12,822 nucleotides of DNA, taken from positions 1 through 12,822 of the forward strand of contig JBFGJG010000078.1 in NCBI GenBank assembly GCA_041577295.1, given 5' to 3'. How positions within the stretch are numbered: position 1 is the first letter of the stretch; each line of letters opens with the position of its first letter. Both the position numbers and the translations under genes were made by a program. Of this stretch, positions 1 to 7,350 are shown piece by piece. The stretch is from Gemmatimonadales bacterium. Lineage in GTDB: Bacteria > Gemmatimonadota > Gemmatimonadetes > Gemmatimonadales > GWC2-71-9. Under the pieces are notes generated by a model. It saw only the letters and a program-made list of their open reading frames with translations. It was not told where the DNA came from and made no database searches.

Positions 1-124
1 GCCGAGCGCGTACGTTTCTAAAGGGAAGCGGAATGACTGAGCACCTGGCGTTGATACGAGTACGTCCACCGAGATGCGCGCCTGGCGAGGTGTTCGCTCG
101 CAGATCATGCGCTGACCGTTAGGA
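1..124 (+). repeat. attC site 0 (left end truncated by window)
   Basis: Right arm CGCTCGCAGATCATGCGCTGACC followed by GTTAGGA (118-124); same family as the sites at 1341 and 2768. Confidence 0.85.
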
Positions 125-152
125 GGCGTGCATAGCCTATGGAGATCTCGGC

Positions 153-515
153 ATGAGCAAATCCGTTCTGAAGTCCGTCTACAGCATTGGCTCTCTGCTT
201 GGCGTTCCCGCTCTCGTGCTTGCCATTCTGCTGGTGCCGGGAACGGAGTTTGTGTCGGCGCTTCAGCGCGGGTTGATCTTCGCGGTCCTTGGTCTGACAG
301 TGGGGTTCCTTCGGCCGCTGGGCCGCTGGCATTGGGGCGTCGCGTTGGCGACTCCGCTCGCCGTGTTGTTCGTTATTCATGTAGCCTTTGCTGGCCACTT
401 CCATGCCACACTCTTGAATCACGATGTGCCTCTTCTGGTCGGGGTGATCGCTGGTGGCACTATTGGAGGCCAGCTTGGCGCACGGCTGCGCGGCGGTGCA
501 CGGCACGCCGCCTAA
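153..515 (+). CDS. Hypothetical membrane protein (about 4 TM segments)
   Basis: GGAG at 141-144 before ATG; four hydrophobic stretches; TAA stop lies inside R'' GCCTAAC. Confidence 0.8.
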   Translation: MSKSVLKSVYSIGSLLGVPALVLAILLVPGTEFVSALQRGLIFAVLGLTVGFLRPLGRWHWGVALATPLAVLFVIHVAFAGHFHATLLNHDVPLLVGVIAGGTIGGQLGARLRGGARHAA

Positions 516-650
516 CACGCGCATGAAGCGGCCGGGCGCGGACGTTCTAAGGGAAGGCGTTCATTTGACCGCCCGATGGGTATCCAACCACGTGCAGCAG
601 CGGTGGGGCTGGCTGGGGGTCGCCCGCAGCTCAAGCGCTGACCGTTAGGC
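510..650 (+). repeat. attC site 1 (141 bp, canonical cores)
   Basis: R'' GCCTAAC 510-516, R' GTTAGGC 644-650. Arms GCGCATGAAGCGGCCGGGCG and CGCCCGCAGCTCAAGCGC pair with two extra bases on the left arm, as expected for extrahelical bases. Confidence 0.92.
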
Positions 651-667
651 CGCGGCCGAGAGTCACA

Positions 668-1333
668 ATGGTCGATCTCGCAACTCTGTCACACGAAGAT
701 GCCCGCAAGTTCTACGACCGTTTCGGCTCAAAGCAGGACTGGCAGCGGTTCTATGAAGATCCGGCAATCCAGGAGCTAATTGCCTCCGCGGCTTTTGCTG
801 AGGCCAGCGCTGTCGTGGAATTCGGATGTGGTACGGGGCGGGTCGCAGAGATGCTTCTCCGCAAGCACCTCCCCGAGAGGGCAGAGTATCTAGCCATGGA
901 TGTTAGCGCAACGATGGTCGCTCTTGCTCAACAGCGCCTTTCTCCGTTCGGTTCGCGCGTTCGAGTGATGCAGACCGATGGCACACCGCGTCTTCGCGAG
1001 CCCTCGGTGTCTTGCGATCGCTTCATCTCGACCTATGTGCTGGACTTGCTGTCCACCGACGACATTCGGGGGGTTCTTGGGGAGGCCCATCGGCTGTTGG
1101 TTCCAGGCGGCAGGCTCGGCGTGGTGGGGTTGACGCACGGCGCCACCATTCCAGCACGGCTCGTTGAGCGGGCATGGACTTGGGCGCACCGTTGGCGCCC
1201 AACATCTGTGGGCGGATGTCGGCCCATTTCCGTTGTCGAGTTCATGGGCTCGGAGTGGCAGGTCCTGCACCGAGCGGTAGTGACCAGCTACGCTATCTCG
1301 TCCGAGGTGGTGGCGGCGCGCAAAGCCGCCTAA
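668..1333 (+). CDS. Class I SAM-dependent methyltransferase
   Basis: Motif I VVEFGCGTG, motif II region YLAMDVSATMV, downstream DRFIS and HRLLVPGGRL motifs. Confidence 0.92.
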   Translation: MVDLATLSHEDARKFYDRFGSKQDWQRFYEDPAIQELIASAAFAEASAVVEFGCGTGRVAEMLLRKHLPERAEYLAMDVSATMVALAQQRLSPFGSRVRVMQTDGTPRLREPSVSCDRFISTYVLDLLSTDDIRGVLGEAHRLLVPGGRLGVVGLTHGATIPARLVERAWTWAHRWRPTSVGGCRPISVVEFMGSEWQVLHRAVVTSYAISSEVVAARKAA

Positions 1334-1340
1334 AGCCGCA

Positions 1341-1483
1341 GCCTAGCACGCGCATGGACCTGGCGAGCGCGCACGTGTTGAAGGAAGTTGAGTCGTGATG
1401 CAGCTGGCATTGATCCGAGTTCGTTCATCCAACGGTGTGGTCCGCGAGCGAAACGCTCGCAGGTCATGCGCGAGCCATTAGGC
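1341..1483 (+). repeat. attC site 2 (143 bp, both cores non-canonical)
   Basis: R'' GCCTAGC 1341-1347 (AAC to AGC), R' ATTAGGC 1477-1483 (GTT to ATT); arms CGCGCATGGACCTGGCGAGCG and CGCTCGCAGGTCATGCGCG. Confidence 0.88.
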
Positions 1484-1546
1484 TGCGGGGAGCACCCTCG
1501 CCGGCTCCTGATCCCGGGCCAGCCACGTACGCCTTAGGAGGTCACC

Positions 1547-2755
1547 GTGCGACCTTGGTTCGTTCTCCTGACCATCCCGTGCCTCGCCTGTGGATCGGAG
1601 TCGCAGGAGAGCGCCGGTTTCGACCGCCTCACGATGATCGCGTCCGAGGAGCTGCGCGTCGGCAGCCCTGAGGATCACGAAGCGGCGTTCACCTGGTTTC
1701 GTCAGCTTGAGGTCGGTCCGGACGGAACGATCTTCACCGCGCACCCGCAGGAGAGCCAGATCCGTGTGCATGACGCATCGGGCTCATTCGTTGGAACGAT
1801 TGGTCGAAAGGGCGAGGGGCCGGGCGAGTTCGACCGCGTTGGAGTGATGGCGATTGTCGGAGATACATTGTGGGTACTGGACCACGGCTTGTACCGGTTC
1901 TCCTATTTCAATCTCGATGGCCGGCTCCTCGGTACGAGGCGTATCCCAGTGGAACTCGGGGATTCGCCAACCGACATCCCACCCCGGCCGAGGGGGTTAC
2001 TGCGCGATGGCACAATCATCGCCGCGCCTCCTGCGTATTCGCACATGGTTGCCAGTGGAGAACTCACGGAGAGCTACCTCGTCCGTATGGACACTGCCGG
2101 AAGCACTAAGGACACCATTGCCAGGTATTCACTGGTCCATACGACGTGGGAGATTACGAACAACGAGCGCGGCCCCGCCTATTTTGGGTCCTATCGGCGC
2201 CAGCCGTTTAGCGATACGGAGATCGTAGCGGTTTCCGACTACGATATGATCGCGGTGCGGCTTAATCGCGCTCCGCCGAGGCCTGTTGACTCGGCAGCGT
2301 TCACGGTCACGGCCTGGCGAATTGACGGTGACACGATCTTCTCGCACGCGTTCCGGTACGACCCAATTCCGCTGCGGACGGCAATGGTGGACAGCATCAT
2401 CGACGGTTTTGCGGAGAGTGTGGCAAATTCGGAATTCCTGGGCGGGCGAGCGACGTTTGAGGAAGCGGCCGGCTGGGCGCGAGAAGGACTGTACCTGCCA
2501 CTGTATCACCCACCGGTGAGTAGCCTCGTCATCGCTTCGGACGGCCAACTGTGGTTACGTGCCGAGGAACTGGGGGCACCTACCGTGAAGTGGCGCATAT
2601 TGTCTGCGAAGGGTGACCCCGTGGGATTCGTCGCGCTACCGTCGGGATTCACTATGCTGTACGCGCGCGGCTTGCAGGTGTGGGGCACGGAGTACGACGA
2701 ACTGGACGTGCCGTATATTGTGCGGTACCGGGTAACAGAGGAAGCCGACACGTAG
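1547..2755 (+). CDS. Putative lipoprotein, NHL-like/6-bladed beta-propeller family
   Basis: Strong SD AGGAGG before GTG; signal peptide ending CLAC; signature IGRKGEGPGEF; repeated beta-blade-like motifs (VGPDGTIF, IVGDTLWVLD, IASDGQLWL). Confidence 0.8.
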   Translation: MRPWFVLLTIPCLACGSESQESAGFDRLTMIASEELRVGSPEDHEAAFTWFRQLEVGPDGTIFTAHPQESQIRVHDASGSFVGTIGRKGEGPGEFDRVGVMAIVGDTLWVLDHGLYRFSYFNLDGRLLGTRRIPVELGDSPTDIPPRPRGLLRDGTIIAAPPAYSHMVASGELTESYLVRMDTAGSTKDTIARYSLVHTTWEITNNERGPAYFGSYRRQPFSDTEIVAVSDYDMIAVRLNRAPPRPVDSAAFTVTAWRIDGDTIFSHAFRYDPIPLRTAMVDSIIDGFAESVANSEFLGGRATFEEAAGWAREGLYLPLYHPPVSSLVIASDGQLWLRAEELGAPTVKWRILSAKGDPVGFVALPSGFTMLYARGLQVWGTEYDELDVPYIVRYRVTEEADT

Positions 2756-2767
2756 GGACTTGAAGCA

Positions 2768-2910
2768 GCCTAGCACGCGCATGGACCTGGCGAGCGCGCA
2801 CGTGTTGAAGGAAGTTGAGTCGTGATGCAGCTGGCACTGATCCGAGTTCGTTCATCCACCGGTGTGGTCCGCGAGCGAAACGCTCGCAGGTCATGCGCGA
2901 GCCGTTAGAC
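2768..2910 (+). repeat. attC site 3 (143 bp; near-identical to site 2)
   Basis: R'' GCCTAGC 2768-2774, R' GTTAGAC 2904-2910; 139/143 identical to 1341-1483 by manual alignment. Confidence 0.9.
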
Positions 2911-2930
2911 CGCCACAACGCTGATTATCC

Positions 2931-3485
2931 ATGCTCCATCGAGCTCGTTTTGGCTGGCTGCTCCGGATAGCCCTCGCGGTTGCCATCGTTGCGCCTCGGG
3001 ATGCGCGCGGGCAAGAGCTATCCGTGCAGGATTCGGCGGCCCTATACGCTGCAGCTCTCCAGGCTGCTCTCCGTGAATTTGGTGTTACGCACCCGCCGAG
3101 CGTCCCTGTCTGGATCAGGCAGGGCCAACCACCTACTCCCGAGCCAAGCACTTCCGAACACCAAGCCGTTGCGCTCGGCCTCACTACATGGGAATTGTTC
3201 AGGGAGCAGGTGCCGAGCGCTGTCTCCGCGACCGCGGGGGACACACTCCTCGACTGCGCGCGAACTCGTGAAGGCCGCCGGCACGGCTGCAGCATTCGGC
3301 GCGAGGGTCTCATTGTGTCGTTCGCGCCCCCTGAGGTCGTCAAGCCCGACACGATCGTACTCCGCCTGACGCTCGTCGTCCCGTACCGCCAAGGGAGCTA
3401 TGCCTGCGGCGGTGCGCTGGAGCTCGTGCGCACACCTGGAAGTGCGTGGACGTTTAGCCGGTTCTTGGGCAAATGGATGACCTAA
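2931..3485 (+). CDS. Hypothetical secreted protein
   Basis: Fills the cassette between two attC sites; N-terminal basic plus hydrophobic signal-like segment; no recognised family and no clear SD. Confidence 0.65.
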   Translation: MLHRARFGWLLRIALAVAIVAPRDARGQELSVQDSAALYAAALQAALREFGVTHPPSVPVWIRQGQPPTPEPSTSEHQAVALGLTTWELFREQVPSAVSATAGDTLLDCARTREGRRHGCSIRREGLIVSFAPPEVVKPDTIVLRLTLVVPYRQGSYACGGALELVRTPGSAWTFSRFLGKWMT

Positions 3486-3503
3486 TGACCGGAGTGCGTC
3501 GCG

Positions 3504-3646
3504 GTCGAACACGCGCATGGACCTAGCGAGCGCGCACGTTTCAGCGGAACTTGAGTAGTGGTGCGCCTGGTGATGTTCCGACTGCATTCACTTTGCGGCG
3601 TGCCTTGCGAGCCGTGCGCTCGCAGGTGATGCGCCAGCCGTTAGAC
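3504..3646 (+). repeat. attC site 4 (143 bp)
   Basis: R'' GTCGAAC 3504-3510, R' GTTAGAC 3640-3646; arms GCGCATGGACCTAGCGAGCGC and GCGCTCGCAGGTGATGCGC. Confidence 0.9.
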
Positions 3647-3677
3647 CGCCAACTAGACTTAGGGAAGGGAGGCCACC

Positions 3678-4700
3678 GTGAGAGGACTTCGGATCGGTTC
3701 CGTTTTGGCGCTCCTTGCTGTTGCCGCCTGTACTCCCGCCACCGATCAAGCAGGTCGCTCCGCGAACGGTGCCTTGAAACTCGAGGAACTCACGTATCCG
3801 GAAATCGACGCGCTCGACCGACAGCGGTCGATCTTCTTTCTGACCTTCGGGAATTTGGAGGAGCACGGACCTCACATTCCCATTGGCTCGGACTACTACC
3901 AGGCGATCGGTGTGCGCGACCGGCTCATTGAGCGATTGCGTGGGGAGCATCCCGATTACGCCATGATCGTGGTTCCGGTCATCCCGCTCGGGGAGGGCGG
4001 CGCGAATGACCTCGCGCGACAGTTCAACCACATCGGTACGTTCGCAACCCGCTACAGCACGCTCAGAGATGTGGCCATCGACATGGGTGCCGCGATCGCG
4101 AGCAAAGGGTTTCAGAACATCTTCCTGATTCATAGCCACGGCACGCCGTTGCACAACGTGGCCTTCAGCGAAGCGGCTGGATTCATCAGCGACCGGTTCG
4201 ACGTCCAAATGGTCAACGTTACGAGCCTGGTATTCGGCGAAGGCTTCTATAGCGACGCGGTGATTGAGAAGCACTTGGGTCCGGGATGGCACGAGCAGAT
4301 CGGTATCACCGGGCACGCCGGCACGGCTGAAACGTCCGCCAACCTATTCTTGCACGACTTGGTGAAACCGCTCTATCGGGACTTGGAACCGTTTGTTGTC
4401 AAGGACCTTCCCGAGGCCTTCAGCATTTCCGAGAGAGCCGGCTGGCAGGGCTATTGGAGCGACCCCTCGAAGGCCTCGGCTGCAATTGGCGAAGACCTAA
4501 TCAACGACTTTGTGGAGCGGAGCTTTCGTGTCGCGGAGCGGGCTCTGGCCGGAGAGGATCTGTCGAACCTACCCGTGTATCCAGATGACCTGCCGCCAAT
4601 GCCGGCAGCCGACGCCTTTGTTGGAGAGGTGCTAGGGCTGTACGCCGAGCGGCAGGCTGAGATCGAAGCATGGCTCAAACAAAGACAGGGGAGTCGTTAA
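3678..4700 (+). CDS. Creatininase (creatinine amidohydrolase)-family protein with lipoprotein-type signal
   Basis: Motifs GNLEEHGPHIPIGSD, IHSHG and GHAGTAETS; SD GGGAGG before GTG; signal ending AVAAC. Confidence 0.88.
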   Translation: MRGLRIGSVLALLAVAACTPATDQAGRSANGALKLEELTYPEIDALDRQRSIFFLTFGNLEEHGPHIPIGSDYYQAIGVRDRLIERLRGEHPDYAMIVVPVIPLGEGGANDLARQFNHIGTFATRYSTLRDVAIDMGAAIASKGFQNIFLIHSHGTPLHNVAFSEAAGFISDRFDVQMVNVTSLVFGEGFYSDAVIEKHLGPGWHEQIGITGHAGTAETSANLFLHDLVKPLYRDLEPFVVKDLPEAFSISERAGWQGYWSDPSKASAAIGEDLINDFVERSFRVAERALAGEDLSNLPVYPDDLPPMPAADAFVGEVLGLYAERQAEIEAWLKQRQGSR

Positions 4701-4739
4701 GACCTAGCAGTACAGCAGCTGTGCTCCCCTAAGGTGGCG

Positions 4740-4840
4740 GTCTAACCGGCGTTTGCACCTGCCGCGCCGAAGCATGCTTTCGCTGTCGCACCGCGGCTTC
4801 CGCGGCCTCGGCGCGCATGTGACACGCACAACCGTTATGC
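4740..4840 (+). repeat. attC site 5 (101 bp)
   Basis: R'' GTCTAAC 4740-4746, R' GTTATGC 4834-4840; arms GCGTTTGCACCTGCCGCGCCGA and TCGGCGCGCATGTGACACGC. Confidence 0.85.
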
Positions 4841-4935
4841 GGCTTGGAGCAGCAAACAGACCGCTCGCCCACGTGCGACAGATTGCTCCGATCGCGCAGC
4901 CACAGCAGCGCATCGGAATGTTCCCGAGAAGATTG

Positions 4936-5244
4936 ATGGCCAAAGCGTCTGACGTACGAGAGATTTCCAGGCTTATCGCGGAGTTGAAGGAATCCGCGAT
5001 CAGCGATGCATGCTGGACATGTGAATGCCTTCATGCCTTCCTTACGCAGCTCGAGCTGGATCGAGAACAACCTCTTCCCGCTTCGGCCCGAGAGCTTGCG
5101 GTACCTCGTTCCCACATCCATGGCTGCCTGGGATGTAAGCCGTGCCCTCCGGCTGAGCTGTATTCCGAATACCTTACTCAGGAGTCTCGCAAGAGACCGC
5201 CCATCTTGGCCGCACAGCAGGAACGCGAACCGTTAGGCGGCTGA
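4936..5244 (+). CDS. Small Cys-rich putative metal-binding protein (start uncertain)
   Basis: CWTCEC and HGCLGCKPCP clusters. ATG 4936 was chosen because the upstream in-frame part overlaps attC5; other in-frame ATGs are at 4837 and 4918. The ORF reads through the deleted attC6. Confidence 0.65.
   Translation: MAKASDVREISRLIAELKESAISDACWTCECLHAFLTQLELDREQPLPASARELAVPRSHIHGCLGCKPCPPAELYSEYLTQESRKRPPILAAQQEREPLGG
5212..5238 (+). repeat. Vestigial attC site 6 (internal deletion, about 27 bp)
   Basis: GCCGCACAGC is 8/10 to the expected GCCGCATAAC and is fused directly to the right-arm remnant AGGAACGCGAACC and GTTAGGC (5232-5238). Confidence 0.65.
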
Positions 5245-5278
5245 GAACACGAGATGCAGTACCACTATCGGAGCTGGC

Positions 5279-5635
5279 ATGGCCCATTATGTTGACGGAT
5301 TCGTCTTTCCCATTCCGCGCGATCGTCTAAGCGAATACAAGCGCGTTGCGGAAGCGGCTGCAGAGATTTGGAAGGAACACGGCGCACTCGACTACTGCGA
5401 ATACGTCGGTGACGATTTGACGCTGGAGGGAACGCGCTCGTTCATCGATCTCGTAGCTGCAACGGAGGATGAAACCATCGTGTTCGGCTGGGTGGTGTTC
5501 GATTCTCGTGAGGCACGTGATCTGGCAAACCAGAAGGTAGCGGCCGACCCAAGGATGGCGGGTTTGATCGAGTCATCGAATTCAGGTTTTGATGCTAAAC
5601 GGATGGCGTACGGTGGGTTCGAGTCGCTCGTTTGA
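5279..5635 (+). CDS. DUF1428 family protein (YbaA-like)
   Basis: YVDGFV..P, IWKEHGALDY.E.VGDD, ETIVFGW, ARD.AN.KV.ADPRM and FDAKRM.YGGF motifs; GGAG SD. Confidence 0.92.
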   Translation: MAHYVDGFVFPIPRDRLSEYKRVAEAAAEIWKEHGALDYCEYVGDDLTLEGTRSFIDLVAATEDETIVFGWVVFDSREARDLANQKVAADPRMAGLIESSNSGFDAKRMAYGGFESLV

Positions 5636-5654
5636 TCGTCGCTCAGTCCACGCC

Positions 5655-5693
5655 GCCTAACAAGCCGATGAAGCTGACGGCAGCCCGTTAGGC
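5655..5693 (+). repeat. Mini attC site 7 (39 bp; right arm lost)
   Basis: GCCTAAC 5655-5661, left arm AAGCCGATGAAGCTGACGG, then CAGCCC and GTTAGGC 5687-5693. Confidence 0.8.
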
Positions 5694-5716
5694 AGCCTAG
5701 AAAGCACGAGGATAGG

Positions 5717-6346
5717 ATGAGATTGCTTGTTTTTGGGTCAACCGGTGGCACAGGACGAGAGCTGCTGATTCAGGCTCTCGACCAGGACCACAGCGTGACG
5801 GCCTATGCCCGCGACCCGGCTAAGATCGAGGACATACAGCATTCGCGCTTAACCGTTGTTCGTGGCGATGTGCTAGATGCGGCTACCGTAGAAAGCGCTA
5901 TAGCAGGACATGAAGGCATACTCGTGACCATTGGCGCAGGCTCTATACACACAACTCTTCGAGAGGAGGGAACACGAAATATCGTTCAGGCTATGCAAAG
6001 CACTGGCGTGAAACGTCTAGTCTGTCAGTCGTCGCTTGGCGTAGGAGATAGTCGAACCAACCTACCGTTCTTCACCAAGTACATCATTGTGGGCATATTC
6101 CTTCGCCATGCTTTCGCAGATCACGAACTTCAGGAAGCTGTCGTGAGGCAAAGCTCGTTGGATTGGACAATTGTTCGCCCTTCTCAACTGAAGGACGGTC
6201 CGCGAACCGGAGTCTATCGGCACGGCTTTTCCACAACGGATAAGCGAATCAAGAAATGGATCTCACGTGCCGATGTGGCCGACTTCATGTTAAAACAGCT
6301 TGTTGACGACACGTACCTTCATCAGGCACCTGGTGTGTCATACTAG
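5717..6346 (+). CDS. NAD(P)H-binding oxidoreductase, atypical SDR (flavin reductase/BVR-B-like)
   Basis: N-terminal VFGSTGGTG, ARDPAK, GDVLD, GTRNIVQAM, LDWTIVRP and ISRADVADFML motifs. Confidence 0.92.
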   Translation: MRLLVFGSTGGTGRELLIQALDQDHSVTAYARDPAKIEDIQHSRLTVVRGDVLDAATVESAIAGHEGILVTIGAGSIHTTLREEGTRNIVQAMQSTGVKRLVCQSSLGVGDSRTNLPFFTKYIIVGIFLRHAFADHELQEAVVRQSSLDWTIVRPSQLKDGPRTGVYRHGFSTTDKRIKKWISRADVADFMLKQLVDDTYLHQAPGVSY

Positions 6347-6361
6347 ATCAGGTGCGACGCT

Positions 6362-6509
6362 GCCTAACGGGCGCATGTAGCTGCCGAGGCGCGGTCCGTG
6401 TGATAAGGAAGTCGATTGATATGAGAGCTCGGAAGACATCACTGTACGCTCAGCTGACGCGACCCACGGTGGGGAGTGCGCCTGCAGCTGATGCGCATAC
6501 GCGTTAGAC
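6362..6509 (+). repeat. attC site 8 (148 bp)
   Basis: R'' GCCTAAC 6362-6368, R' GTTAGAC 6503-6509; arms GCGCATGTAGCTGCCGAGGCGC and GCGCCTGCAGCTGATGCGC. Confidence 0.9.
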
Positions 6510-6731
6510 GGGCATACGAGCAGCGCCGTGGAGCAGGGCTGGTGCCTAGTTCGGCACCTTCGCCTCCGTGACCTCGAAGCTTGTCGGTCCCATGAGTGGG
6601 ACCACTTGCTCGACGATGTATACTCTTGCCGCAGCGAAGTCGCATCGAGCGATTGAGATTCGCCGCCGCGGGAGGTCGTTGTAGCGCTCCGCCACCCAAG
6701 CCTCGCCGACAAACTTCACCACTGAGGGACG

Positions 6732-7178
6732 ATGATGCGAACCATCCGTGTGAACCAACGAATCGATACCGCGCGCGAGAACGTGTGGGCAGTGCTCGCA
6801 AAGTTCCCCGACATCGCGGATTGGAGCACGGGAGTGACCAAGTCGTTGGCGACTAGCGATGCGACCAGCGGAGTTGGCGCCACCCGCCACTGCGACCTCG
6901 CACCAATCGGCTCCCTCGAAGAGACCGTGATCGAGTGGAACGAGCCGGCGCGCATGGTGGTCCGCATCGACAGCGCAGCGAACGTGCCCATCGCGCACGG
7001 CGTCGCCACGTTCACGCTCGAGCCAGCCGACAATGCTACCGACGTTGCTATGGAGTACGACTACGAGCCCAAGTACGGTATCCTGGGCCGACTGATGGCG
7101 TCGGTGATGCTGGACCGCCAGCTCACCAGGGGCTTCACGAATTTGCTCCGGGATCTCGAAACCGCTGCCCGGGCCTGA
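6732..7178 (+). CDS. SRPBCC/START-fold (polyketide cyclase/dehydrase-like) protein
   Basis: IDTARENVWAVL..F..IADW..GV, GVGATRHC and ETVIEW motifs plus a C-terminal helix; GAGGGA SD (start may be 6735). Confidence 0.9.
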   Translation: MMRTIRVNQRIDTARENVWAVLAKFPDIADWSTGVTKSLATSDATSGVGATRHCDLAPIGSLEETVIEWNEPARMVVRIDSAANVPIAHGVATFTLEPADNATDVAMEYDYEPKYGILGRLMASVMLDRQLTRGFTNLLRDLETAARA

Positions 7179-7350
7179 GGCTCACCTGCATCGACCCGCG
7201 TGGGTCCGGCATCTACGCCCACGAACGGGCAAGCGACTGGGGCTTCCGCCAGGACCCCCGAGGCGCCCAACGGCTGATGCGGCACCGGAGTACTCAACTG
7301 ATACTGGTGTCGGGGATGCCGGCCCTCTGAGCACCGAAAGGACGCCCGTA

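Noticed and set aside
1325..1334. GCCGCCTAAA at the methyltransferase stop as a second, older R'' box
   Set aside because: It lacks the final C and has no arm. The cassette start GTTAGGCCGCGGC matches GCCGCAGCCTAGC (1335-1347) better.
6596..6624. Sigma70 promoter based on TATACT at 6619-6624
   Set aside because: There is no acceptable -35 at 16-18 bp and no properly spaced extended -10 TG.
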